This document shows, one piece after another, positions 50,769 to 63,056 of a stretch of 64,000 nucleotides of DNA. The notes beneath the pieces were generated by a model. It was not told where the DNA came from and did no database searches. It saw only the letters and a program-made list of their open reading frames with translations. How positions within the stretch are numbered: position 1 is the stretch's first letter; the number at the start of each line of letters is the position of its first letter. Both the position numbers and the translations under genes were made by a program. Where the stretch lies: NCBI GenBank assembly GCA_000708835.1, contig DF236957.1:310001-374000 (forward strand), written 5' to 3'. The stretch is from Klebsormidium nitens (taxonomy: Eukaryota; Plantae; Klebsormidiophyceae).

Positions 50769-52071
50769 ATGGAGGGCGAGCAAGTGCGCAAGAAGGGCGG
50801 CACAAACATGCAGATTGGCGGAGCGGGTCGCGACTTTGACAGCATCTGTCCAGATATTCTGGACTGCATTATGTAGAAGGCGCGGAAGGCCAAACCATCA
50901 AGCTTGAAGCAACTGGAACGAGTCAAAAGAGCTTTCCGGGGACTCTGCAAGGCGGTGTTCTAGCACCTTGATCCTTCGCCGATTCAAGGGACAACTGACG
51001 TCAGGAAACCCGGTCCCGCTGAGAGGAGCAGATTCATGCGCAGCGCTCTGCAGAGGGATGAGCCTTCGGACGTCGCTTTCTAAGCTGGTTGTCCGCGAAG
51101 GCAGTGAATTCCTTACAGTAGCTCTCTCCAATTGCAGATGGAAGAGTGTGGAGGCAAGCACCTCTGAAACATTGCTCCCAAGATTCTGTGAGCTGTACAC
51201 AGGATCAAAAGAGTCATTGGGAAGGCTTGAGATTGTGCTAACTGGAGTGTCGTGGAACTATTACAAAGTCCTCGAGCAGATTGTGAGAGCCTTTCCAAAG
51301 CTTGAGAACTTGACCCTCCGCGGAAAGCGACATCAATCTCTGTCATCCGGAGGGCCTGGTTCTTCTATTCATCGCGCCAATCTGGAGAATGCCAACACCT
51401 CTCTTATTTGCTTGGACTTCTCTGACATACCCTTTGACGATATGGCAGACGTTGCCTTGCACTTACCAGCTTGTCTACAAAACCTCCATTCCCTGAGGCT
51501 GTCGTGCAACATCCACGCACCCGATTCTGGATATGCGTACCGAACGTTGCTTGGTTCTGATATCAGCCTCTTATCCCTGTGGCGTCTGAAGACCTTGCGG
51601 CTCGACGCGTGGAGCGAAAAACAGAACTTTGCGTTTAGGCTTGGAAGAATGGCGAACGCGTGCCGATCTTTGCAGCGTCTCGTGCTGAACGCAAGCCCCG
51701 AAACGACGGAGTTCCTTAGCTTTGGCAAGCGGCCCTTCCTGAGGTTTCCCGACGTTCCTAACGATTTCCCGGAGTTGGAGCAGCTGCTGATAAGTCGAAT
51801 CGAGATAGTAAGCGGAGCCGAATATTCAGAGCTCCTGCTTGAACACTGCGGCCTCACTGCAGGGAAGGCAGCAGTCAAAAAGAAGATCCTCATCCTTCAA
51901 GACGAACGCTGTGAGCAAGTGTGTGGCCCATCGTGCTTGGTGACCGCTTTTCGTTGTATTCTTCCACAGTATGCTTCCTGGATCAATTGGGACGATCCTA
52001 GGACCAAGAAACGAGCACTTGGGAAAGCGGAGGTGGTGAAAGTGTGGTGCGAAATATTTCTGTCAAGCTGA
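50769..52071 (+). pseudogene. F-box/LRR gene copy 2, N-terminus disrupted
   Basis: ATG at 50769. CAG->TAG at about 50874 (ATT ATG TAG) and a +1 G insertion at about 50938 break the F-box part. The LRR region 50968-52071 is open (367 codons). Confidence 0.78.
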
Positions 52072-53512
52072 CCAGTACTAGATGGACAAGGCACTGAATG
52101 GCGGGAAAGCGAACCTGGTAGAGCACTCTCTTCGTCTTGTTGTCGTTGCATCTGGTCTCGAGAATCTGGGAGTTAGCGAGTGGGAAAGAGGAGAAGGGGC
52201 GGACGGCTGGGCAAATGGTGTAAAGGCGAGACAATAATTAAAGCCGGATCCGAGAATGCTGATACAAGCGACCTTCCCAGCAGCAAATGAGCTTTTCCAA
52301 TACATGCTTAATAGATGTGAGATAGGTCTTGAGACGCGGACGAACGTTTGAAGGATTTTTAAAAAAATCGGGAGATCTAGCCTGCTCAAGGCTTCCAGCA
52401 TGTATGGATGCTCAACTTGAGGACTCAAGACTTGACACGCCTCCAACTAGTACTGATGTGAATTGCTCCCACCAGGTGGCTTGAGGATGACTGGCACGCG
52501 CATGGCCTCGCGTGCCTTCGTGGAATTGTAAACATATCAAGGCTGAAGAGCTGCTAGTTGCAGAGGCACGTGGTGCACATGAGACGGTACACGTATCCTA
52601 CTAGTATTAGCTTGCAAATTTGCTTCTTGTACATGTTCGGCGGCTCACGTGGGCATGCACTTCCTCAAGTATGTTTACGCTTGTGACGTTGCAATACGAG
52701 GTTTCCTACTAAGTACAGGCAACGTATACTGCATGGACCTTGCGCTGGCCATGGGCTTCTGCACATTCAATGTCGACTGAATGCATCCTATATACGTACG
52801 GCTATACCAATGATCACTTGCTCGATGGCAATTCAGCATGAAAGTTGGGGCTCCCTCTCAACTTACAGCCTACCAGGTTCGCCAGCCTAGCAGCTGCTGC
52901 TACACATATCTTGCAAGCTTAAGCCCGGATCATGTTTAATGCAAACCATTCTGCATTTCCGGCGGTCAGTGGCGCCGCCATGGTAGCGAATGACCATCAC
53001 AACTAAAGTACAGGCCTGCATCCGACAAATGAATTTTTACGAGGATTCGATGTTGCTACTACAATGACAAGTATGTACAGAGCACTCAACTTGAGTGTTT
53101 GCAATTCTAGCCACCTAACGTGGCACGCCTCTGCTACCTCCAACCCCAACCTATTTTGACCCCAGAGTTGTCTCCAAATGATAATATACAACGAGATATG
53201 TTATTCTGACAGCAGACAAGCCCCCCGGGCATCTGGGATTGTTGACTGTCTGCTAGAACAGCAATTCTTTCCTGTCGGTCCCCAAAGTCTCCGCTCCTGC
53301 CAAACCCTTAAAAAGCGTACTCAATCAACCCATTCCCAATCTTATCTAGTCTCCATAATCTGCTCGTTCCATTCCGTGACTCTCGAGCCCCCAAGGCAAA
53401 GTCAAATTCCCGTCAATACATCGCAGAATTTACCAGTGCTCTCAACGCACTAACACCCTGTATACCAATGGTTACGACTTCCATCAACCCGGTTCTCTTA
53501 AGCCGGTCTCCG

Positions 53513-56500
53513 TCATTTCTTGACCGGTGTGGCGGTCCAGCTGGCACCGAGCTCCTTCTTCGGTCCGTGCATTTTGGATCCGACCGCGATCGCCGCGGGC
53601 CGGTCCATCCACGCGAGTGACATGGCCGCGGTCCACGAGAAGTCGTGCCCGCCCTCCCCTTCCCCGGTCACCGGGTTGAAGTACTCGAACAAACCCGATT
53701 CGCTCGTCAGCGCAATCGAGTGGTCCTTGATGCGGTTTGCAAGCGCGTCGTACCTGAGGAGGATTCGCAGAGCGTTAGGTTTCGTACAACTGAGATCTTT
53801 AGAGAGCCTCTTCGTCGACAGTCTTATCGTCCTTCTTATATTTCCCGTACCATCGGAGGAAACGAAGATCCTTGCGTTTGGATCCTGTATCAGCCATTGT
53901 GCGCAGTAAAGGGTGACCTTGGAGAGTTTCATTGCTCATCGTCCACCGACTACGAGCAGAAATCTCGGTTGGGAAAGGTGTTGCCCGAGCAGATTGGATC
54001 ACACTTGTCCCACACAAACAGCAAACCTTGGCGGATAGGTCGAAACATAGGCGGATGCATAGGTTAACCAAGCATGCAAGAGCAAAACTACTCGCACGTC
54101 AGGTTAAAGCCCGACTGACATTGACGAGTGTCAGTCAAAATTAACGAAGGTGTCACGCCTAAGCCCTTTCCAAATCCTTCACACATGCCGGGTTCGGACG
54201 GAAGAGCATCCACGAACAGGACAACAAAGTCCCGACTCCTTGAGTCCCTTCAAAGCAGACAAGGAAAATAAGGCATATGAACGGACAGTAAACGTAACAC
54301 GAACAATCCAGCGCAACCGAGACGCACCCGTAGTGTTTGAGCCCGTTCGAGATCATCCAGTTGATGATGATCCAGACGGGTCCCCGCCAGTAGCGCAGCG
54401 GCTCGAAGCGCGGGTCCGCGGGGTCCATGCTCGGCACGCCGTACTTGACCTGCTCCAGCCACTGCTCGAGAGTACGCACGAGCCGCGCTGCGCGCTTCTC
54501 GCTTACGACGCCTGCACGGGTACAGAGTTGTGCTTTGTTCCTTTTTTTGTGGGCACTTTTCTTGTATGTGTTCTCTGTTTTGACTTCAGCCAAAAAGCGA
54601 CGCTTGACCTGCTCCAACCACCGCTTCAAGGTGCGGACCAGCCACGCTGCGCGCTTCTCGCTTACTACGCCTGCACGGGTGCTAGATCGTGGTTATTTTC
54701 CTTGACTTGATAGGTTTGCACTCCTCTTATTTCTGTTTTCTTTCTGTCAATTCTCAAAAAAAGCGGTGCTTGACCTGCTCCAACACCGTTCCAGAGTGGG
54801 GCACGAGCCGCGCTGCGCGCTTCTCACTTTCTACGCCTGCACGGATACATACTTTAGCTCCTGTTCCTTGAAAGGTGTCACTTTTCTCGTTTCTCTCCTA
54901 TTTGTAGACTACAAGGAAAAACGGTGCTTTCCCTGCTCCGACCACCGCCCCAGAGTGCGCAGCAGCCGCGCCGCGCGCTTCTCACTTACTACGCCTGCAC
55001 GAACACGGACTTCTGCTCTACTTCTGGTGTCATTTCTCTACTTTCTTCTCCTATCTATGTACTTCAACCATAAAAGCAGTGCTTAATTGTTCTGCTTTTT
55101 CTGGTCTGCCTCCAACCGCAGGTGGAACCGGTTCTGTCTCATTCTTGCCACCCTCAAGAGAACCTCGACGCGCTGACAAACTGGGCGATCGATATGCCAC
55201 AGCTTCTTTGTGTTCTTCAGCTTTTTCTGCGGTAATCAACGCAGACGGTAGGATCTTACCAACTTTAGATTCGCAGGGAGCCTTGAGCTGATAAACGGTA
55301 CGGTTCTTTCAAACCTTTCATAACCGCAAGAAACCCTGAGCCGACGGCCTAGTCTAGGAGACCCTGGACTACGCCGATGAATGGTTTCCAATTGATATGT
55401 CCATAGAATGGTGATTCGTACTGCCTTGCTCCAAGGCTTGAAAATTACCCGAAGACTCGTCGTCGACATATGATACCCACCGGCGAACAGAGGGAGGAAG
55501 CCCGCCGAGATGGCTGCGGGGCAGAGCTTCCCGGTGATCTGGTCCCGGCACTTGTAGATGCCCGCCTCCTCGTCCCACAGGCTTTCAAAGCCCTGGAAGC
55601 CCTTGTCCAGCCACGCGTCGATCTCGGCGACCACTTCCTGCCTGCAACGGGGCAGAATAACGGCGCTCAGCTCAACCGGTGCAAATGGTGCTGCTTGAAG
55701 CGGAAAGTGCTGAGTATTTCCCTCCGTCCAACGTACTCGACGAGAATGAAGGGAGCGAAACGATAAGGCTTGACCAGAACCCCCAACGGCAGAAGTGACC
55801 GGTGGAATCTGCCTCCAAGAAGGTGAGGCAGCGTAACCGTTGCAAAAACGTTCACACGAAGCGAACGAAACCGTGAAACCTGTATGCAAAATCAAATTCA
55901 CACGAGAGCCGGATTGTGTTGCAATCTGGAGTTGTTATTCAAATTGGACGAATAACGACTCCAGTCTGCAACATCTACCCTCGGGCTTCCTGTAGGGTTA
56001 GGATAGCGTTCTGCATCTACTCTGGTTCAGAAGGGGCGAAACGGGCGAAACGGGCGAAACGGCTCAAAAGAAGGTGGGCACTTCAAGCGTGACCTTCGAT
56101 CTCAACAGGCAGACACATTTTCTCGAGTTCTTTTGTTGAAGTTCTGCAGTCTGAGTGGTGTGAATGCACACCTGCCCAGCTTGATGGCGAGCCACCGGAG
56201 GTCCCGGTTGGCCCGGAAGAGGATGCAGTTGACGCACAGGTCCGTCACTCGGAACGGCGAGATGTGGTACAGCTTGTCGGGGTCGTAGAAGTTGGCGTTC
56301 TTGAAGCGGTACAGCAGCGTCAAGTAGTGGTCGTACCTGCAGGCAAGCAACTGGCTTAAGTCGTCACGGTTTCATATTCGCTTCAGAGTCCCTTGGGCCT
56401 TGATTACCCCCTGAAAATATCTTTGATACAGCCTTGATACGTACGCCAAACCAGATCGCTCCAGATGTATTAGACGGACCCTCGGGACCCGCCAACGTTT

Positions 56501-59500
56501 CATAGTCAATAATGAGGACGAGAAGGGTGCTCACAGCATCAAGGTTCGCTTGAAGCTGCGAACTTACCGACCAACTTTTCGGAATAAAAATGCCTGGACC
56601 ACGAAAGAGCCCTACGCCACAATCCTCAGAAAGTGCCACGTTGGGGAAGTCAGGATGCTTGAGGCAGACAACAAAAAAGTCACCGGCTCATTACACAGCC
56701 ACAATAGAACACCATTCAAACTTCTGCCAGGGTTTCGTCAAAGCTTAGGATATTCTCCTTGCGCCAAAGTCACGTCTGCTCAAACCATTTACTGAGAGGT
56801 TGAGTCCACTCAAATCTTTCTCGGTAGATCTTCAGAAGCACGAAGTTCAGCTCGCAGTGCATCTGGCCTTCTACAATTTTTGAGAGCTTTTCCTGACGTA
56901 CTTAAATCCTTCCCTTCTACTCTCTCTTGCTTGGTTTCGCTTAAAACTCAAATAAGCTGCTCACGTTTCTTTGGTCGGCCGCATCTCCGGGTGCACGTGG
57001 TTCAGGTCGCACCGCACGTACGGCTGCAGGTTGTCGACCGGGAAGCGCATCGGCTCGTCCCACGCGGGGCTGTTGTCCATGCCCGACTCCCACGGGTGCA
57101 GAATGGCGACGACGCCCGTGTTGAACGGGTCACGCGCCTTGTAGAACCACCGGTGCCACGCCAGCAACTAGGGGGGCGCGAGAGAAGATCAGCGCAAGTC
57201 AATACCCCGCTTCCGTTCGTTTTGGAGCGGTGCAATTTGAGAGGATGTAGGGTGGAGTCTGAAGAAGTTCAGAAGGACCAGTGTTGCACAGGTTGTGCGC
57301 CTCGCAGAGTAACGTGAGCAACGAGGAGGGGTTGAAGAAGTTTCAGAGTGTTTAGCTAGTTTCCCAATTCTGTTGTCGTCTGAACAAAAGCTTTCGAAGT
57401 CGAAGGGCTTGGAAGATCCGGTTGGGGTGGATGAGGAGGATCGGGGTTGAACGGTTGCGTGCCTTGTAGAACCACCGGTGCCACGCCGGCAACTAGATTG
57501 GGGCGAGGATTCAGCACTCCTTGAATGTTTCAATCCAAAGCGTTTCAGCATTTCCAGCTTTCGTTGTTCTCTGGTGAGGAAACCGTAAAGGCCTGCAGAG
57601 GCTCTTGGGTTGCGATGGTGAAGAAGGATGAGTGATAAACGTGATGCTCGTATTGTGAGACCACTGATGCGAAAACGAGAAAAGAGGAGGGCGGGAGGAA
57701 ACTGATAACATTTTGTTCTTTCCATTTACGGTCACCGTTGTCTTCAAAACTCGTGAAAAGTTGTAAGCGTAAAGAAGGATCGGATCGGATCGGACGGAGA
57801 GCACGCGCCTTGTAGAACCACCGGTGCCACGCTAGCAACTAGAGGAGGGGGTGCGGTTTCGAGTTGGGATGGTACAAAAGAACCGACATAAAACGCATTG
57901 CAAGCCATGACGGACCATCACTGCCCAAGATTTTTTTCGAGCTTATGACAGTCGTGGTTGTTGATAGTTTGAGCACGGAAACGACGTGATTGGAAGGATT
58001 AGCAGTGCGGAATTCCGCGGTGTTGTTGAAGCATGGCAAAGGCATTCGCGACCAGCTCCCAAACGGTAAAAATCACACTGTGCCGTCCAACGCTTTCATC
58101 CGGCTCTTAGGGCCAAAGTTTCTAGCAACGGCGGTGACATCCAGCCAACCTCAGTCTCAATCCTAAGACGAAACGCAACCAAACATCGGCAGAGGATGTT
58201 AGTGCTCGGTGCGCTCTCACCGGCATGCGGGCGCGGCCTGAGAAGAAGAACGGAAGGGGAGTTTCACCTTTGGGAAGAGCTTCCCGGCTTCGGACATGGC
58301 GAGCAGGGGGTCGTCCGCGTGCTCGTACAGAAACCGCACGCTCATTGCTGCCACCGGGGGCTGCGTGATACCTGCCCAACGATCACAAGTGCAAGTGTCA
58401 AAGAAAACGACGTCTACCCACTTCTGGTTGGACGAGCCTAATGAATTGTGTGTTCTCAAAGAATGAAAGACCGTGATACGTACATTCACCGAACATATTT
58501 CTCAGAGCACAGACAGGTTGATTCTCTGTAAAGATGGTCTTTGACCATGATTCATTGGGTGCAGGCAAAGTGTGATACTCTCGAAAAGGGAAACGCATGC
58601 TCCGAACTTGTGCTCATACGATGAATCCTGCGCTCTCAACCGCCTGGAGTCAGGTCGTTGTATGAAGATCTCCCCGCCTGCATGCCTGATGCCAGCCCAA
58701 CACCATCTGAAACATTCCCTGGTTGAAAAAGACAACCGAACTCATTCGCAAAGAAGAAAACTTCGTACTTGGAAGGAACTCCGGTTCTCCTCACCTGTTG
58801 ACTTGCTGGGCTTTTCCTTCGTGCCCCAGATCTCCGGCCCCGGAAAATACGTAGTACTCGGCTTATGAAACACGATCGAAGGAACCATTCCGTCCTCCCA
58901 CTGCCCCGAGAAAAGGGACTCGATTTCCTGCCAGGCACGAGCCTCGTCGAAAACGGCCCACCCCGAGGCCACGATCGCCGAGTCCCAGTTCCACTGGAAA
59001 GGGTAGAGGCCGTGCGCGGGGACAGTGTAGCCGCCCAGGTCGTTGTGTCGGAGGACCTGTGAGTGGGAGCAAGTCCTGGATGTTGACACCGAAATCTCAA
59101 GTTCTGGAACGAAACCTTGGAGAATGCGGTTTGCGTTCATACGAAGGGGTAGAGGCCTTGCTTCAATAACAAATCCCTCAGACCGTTGTCTGAAGGACCT
59201 GCAAGTGGAGGAGCTTTTGGAGGAGAATCAGCTCTTGACATAGATTTGAATGACTTGCAAAAAGCCCTCGAAGTTTCGCATGCGGTGGAGGGGTTGAAGG
59301 TGGTGCACGCCGATGGTGAAGCGGCCCATGTGATTATTTTGTGAGACCAAGAGAGAGAGCAAGGTCAAAACTTAACACGCAATGCGCAGCCGCTGGAAGG
59401 TGACCTCACAGATGCGGGGCCTTGGGTGGCTCACTTTGAGCAACCATTCGAAAGGATCTTCCGCCTGCAAGCAACACCTGGCGGCAGGGGGGAGTTGTTG

Positions 59501-61387
59501 GCAAGCAAATCGAGTAAGAGCTTCATGCGTTTAGTCCTGCATCCCGACTTGATTTAGAGGAGGCCACGTTCACAGAATTGAAAATCACTAAGAAGGGACA
59601 TCATAACGAGCGCCTGTTTCCCATCGCTGTTCCGCACTGCTCTTGGCCCCAAAGCTTTCTGTGGGCCTACATCATGCTTCCAAAGTTTCCGAAAGAAGAT
59701 ATAAAGCTGCGCGCGCAACAGCCTGGACCTAAAGACACCACGTTGCATACTGAAGGCACATCTCCTGTTCGTTGGGCCCTGTTATAAGTCGTACCCGCTT
59801 TTTGGAAGCATGCGCTTTACACCTAGAAGCTTGGACCAGTTTTCACAACCTTAATCATCAAGTACTTCGTTCTGTAAGATTTGTACAATTTCAAAAGCCT
59901 GTGATGACGTCAGCTCACCGTCATGGACTCCTCCACAATCTGTATCCGCACATCATCGCTGGACGGGTGCAGCTGCACGTTCTTGCTCTCCGAGAAGAGC
60001 CGCCGGAGGCTCTTCTTCCGCCAAAAGTTGCGGTCAGGATTCCCGTCTGCCTTCTCAACTGTCGCGATTGGCACGGGGGACGGTGGCTCGGCAAAAGCAA
60101 CGCGCCTGCGCCTGCGAAGCAGATGAGACACACTTTTTGCCCAAGTGCACGACAATACGCATAATAGAAACTTATTGCGGGAGAAAAGAAAGTTTTGGTT
60201 AGAAGAAGTGTTTGGTTAGATAATGTTGCAGGGAAGATGCTCATGAAGAGGAGATGTGTTGAGGTCCTGCAATTGCGCCCGCAACGCAAGTCCCTAATGC
60301 GACACTGGTTGCAATTTCCTGCAAACCAAAAAATAAAAAGTGGGGCCAAGCTCAACCGAACTTGAATCAACTGTGTCTCAAGACTTAAATGTTGGTTTCT
60401 TTGAAAGCACCCCTATTTCAAGTATTTTGAATCAACAGCATTAGGCTGTTTGGTCAATGAGGGGAACAACTGAACATTTGTTGGAAGTGCAGCAATATCG
60501 CTTGTTGCATAAGCAGACAAAGGTCCCCAACAAAATGTACTTACACATATCTTCTGACAAGAGGAAGTGAAGCTCACAGATGCAGAATCGTGCACGCAAA
60601 AGAACCGTATTACAATGTCAGCTGGGGGATATACAGGTGATGCACCATTGGGGGAGTTTGGCATCGCACTGCAACGAGAACCCTAACTGAATGGATTCTG
60701 GCGTCTTGTGTATGCCATCCGTATCCTGGACCGCAAGGCTGGTGTGGCCACAAATATATCGTACTGTAAGCAGAAGGCCACAAAAATAATTGCTCATAGG
60801 GCTGTGCAATTTGCCCAGGTAATTTCCCTCCAGTCACATACAAGAGGCGAATTGCAAAGGGGTCAGTGGCAATAATGTGGCTGCATATCGCGCCTCGACC
60901 ACTTCACAGCGGAACGCTTTATTTGATGCAACAGTGAATTCATCTAACTCGAGAAAGACTCACAGAAAAGTCTCAGGCATAATGGAGGACAGGGATCAGC
61001 CTCCCAGATTGGCAATCGGCACAGATTTTGGCAATTGAAGGAAGAGCTGTATAGCTGGAGTGCACGAAAAGAGCAACCAAGACTGGATCATCTGAGATAA
61101 AGCGGACCAACTCACGACGCTGATGTCGGCGTCAGCAGCGGACTACTCCCGTTCGCCGACCTGGGAGAGCGCCCCTCCATGTAGAAGTCTGCGAGCTTGC
61201 TGCTGTGAACCTCCACATTGTCAGGCCTTGGTTTGATCGAGAGAGGAGCTGGCAGGTCGCCATTTGCAGTATGTTGCAACTTTGGGGGCCCTGAAGGAAA
61301 CTCCTCTTCAGGCTCGTTTGTGTTCAACCCGTCTCCAAAGCTCAGGCCCGCCGTCTTGTCAGCGATGGACTTGAGTATGGAAGCCAT
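53513..61387 (-). CDS. GH63 mannosylglycerate/glucosylglycerate hydrolase-like (MGH1-like) glycoside hydrolase with N-terminal extension, 9 exons, ~594 aa
   Basis: Exons 61387-61116, 60111-59919, 59056-58795, 58371-58268, 57167-56965, 56336-56172, 55641-55481, 54511-54328, 53753-53513 join in phase (1785 nt). Motifs: NDLGGYTVPAHGLYPFQWNWDS, GQWEDGMVPSIVF, GITQPPV, HPWESGMDNSPAWD, YWRGPVW, FEYFNPVTGEGEGGHDFSWTAA. Confidence 0.92.
54420..55010 (-). repeat. ~160-nt tandem array spanning the GH63 exon-8 acceptor (3 extra copies)
   Basis: GTGCAG|GCGT(C/A)G(T/A)AAG(C/T)GAGAAGCGCGC at 54511, 54670, 54836 and 54994, with homologous intron parts between them. Confidence 0.93.
56034..56060. repeat. 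(GGGCGAAAC)x3 micro-tandem repeat in a GH63 intron
   Basis: Read directly from the sequence. Confidence 0.9.
57120..57845 (-). repeat. Two near-perfect intronic copies of the GH63 exon-5 acceptor plus start
   Basis: CTAG|TTGC(T/C)(G/A)GCGTGGCACCGGTGGTTCTACAAGGC at 57167 (true), 57492 and 57838. Confidence 0.93.
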
Positions 61388-63056
61388 TGAAGAGTTGGGC
61401 TACTTTGCAGTACGGGGGCGCAACTCCAGAATTTCCGATTAAATACTGCTTTGAGAGGCAATTGCGGACGTATCGAACTGTGGACAAAACCCAATACCAG
61501 CGCTGTAACAGATTGCACTTGATATTACCGCTTGGGGCGTCCAGTATGAGCAAGGTCGTGCTTGACCTCGAGGGAGCAGGATGTCACACAAATCTTGCTT
61601 TGCAGAGGAAGCCAATGCTCCTCCAGCTGGATCTCCAGCTTTGCCAACTTCAGGGAGCGCAACACCAGATTTGATTACGAAGATGCCATGAGATCCGTTT
61701 GTTCAAAGCTTACACAGCTCAAGCAATCCTCTCGTGCAATTGCGCGATCACACCTTGCGATGCTCTACAGTTTGATCTGCTTGCACCTTCTCACTTGCCT
61801 TCACACAAGATTTGGGAGAATGAGAGGCTAGAGCAGTGCACGAAAGCTGCATTCCGCATTGCTCTCAAGAGCTGATGAAAAATGGTGAGAAGCGGCAGCA
61901 TTATGCGAAATGTGTCCAACCCTCAGGGCAGCTGCGTTGCGACGTAATGATTGCCCCCTTCCGGCTTTATTGAATCGCAGCCGTCCGATAAGACCAGGTG
62001 TTTAGCAAGCGCCAGATGTCAGCACGAGAAGCTGTTTGAGCTTCTCACGTGGATGTACCACGTGAAGAGGGCATCCAGCTCATGCCAGCTGAACCTGAGA
62101 AAAGGCGTTCAGAAAGAGAGCGTTTCCAGCAGAAGTATAGCTAGAGCAAGCGAGAGAACTTGGTTGCGTTAAGAAATTACAGCAGGTGGTTTTGAAGAGC
62201 ATGTTGAGAGCGTCTGTCTCGCCGTGTTTGTTTGAGATTTACTGTTCGTGAACAAACTGAATGTTGTTATGTTTCTGTGAGAGGATGATGATAGCTTCAT
62301 GATATTGGGTAGCCCCGTTTTTGCCCTTTGAAACACACTCGCCTCTGCATGTAAGGCAAAACGTCTGAATTTGAAATGCAGCCCGAATTGGAAGACGCCT
62401 ACGTCCCCAACAGTTTTGTGTCTTGTGAATCAAAGCAGGCTTGCCTACTGTGGTTTTGAATTTTTGCAGTTCTCAAGGTGGACACCTCTGACGGAGCTTG
62501 GCAGCAAGTGGTAAGAACCTTATGCATTAGCTGGTTCATTCCTATGAGCCTGACCATCTTGCCGCTTCAAGGGTTTTTCAAAAGTTTTTCCTTCTTATTA
62601 CTCAGCCCTTTCAAAATAAAGGCATCGCGCGTGAGGGCTTGCACAGTCAGGATGAAAGCAGGACTTGGAGGTTTACCTTTCTAAGCAGGCTTTCTTCTAA
62701 CACGTACTTTCTTAGCATGCTCTCTTTTCAAGAATTTAAAACAGCCTGAAGAAGACGGTCTAAATCCAACAGCGCCTCAACTTTTTCACAGGAGCCTTAC
62801 CTGGGGCTTTCAATTGGACCTTGTAGACTTGACACTTAGGAACCGACTCTACTCGGAATCGCATCTGTCCCAGAGCTGCCATACCCAAAGTATGAGTGCC
62901 CCTATTGTGGACCAATTGTCATGTGGCAGATTTCTTGGACAGCAATCTCTAGGCTGCCCCTGGAGAAAAGTTTTCACTTGATCCCAGATTTTATGATGCT
63001 TGTGCAGGATATATCATTACACTTGAACCTGAAAGGCACTGCTGGGCACTTGGACA

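Larger units (their letters stand above)
46500..52420 (+). repeat. ~3.1-kb direct tandem segmental duplication
   Basis: 46500-49250 and 49650-52420 align across the HAD last-exon fragment, the non-coding spacer (e.g. 47290-47420 vs 50350-50480), the F-box/LRR gene and its 3' flank (AGATGGACAAGGCACTGA at 49035 and 52080). Confidence 0.92.

Noticed and set aside
35085-57845. Regularly spaced repeat arrays (35085-35560, 54420-55010, 57120-57845) as CRISPR arrays
   Set aside because: The repeats are copies of host exon starts, the intervening sequences are homologous to each other, no cas genes are present, and the context is eukaryotic.
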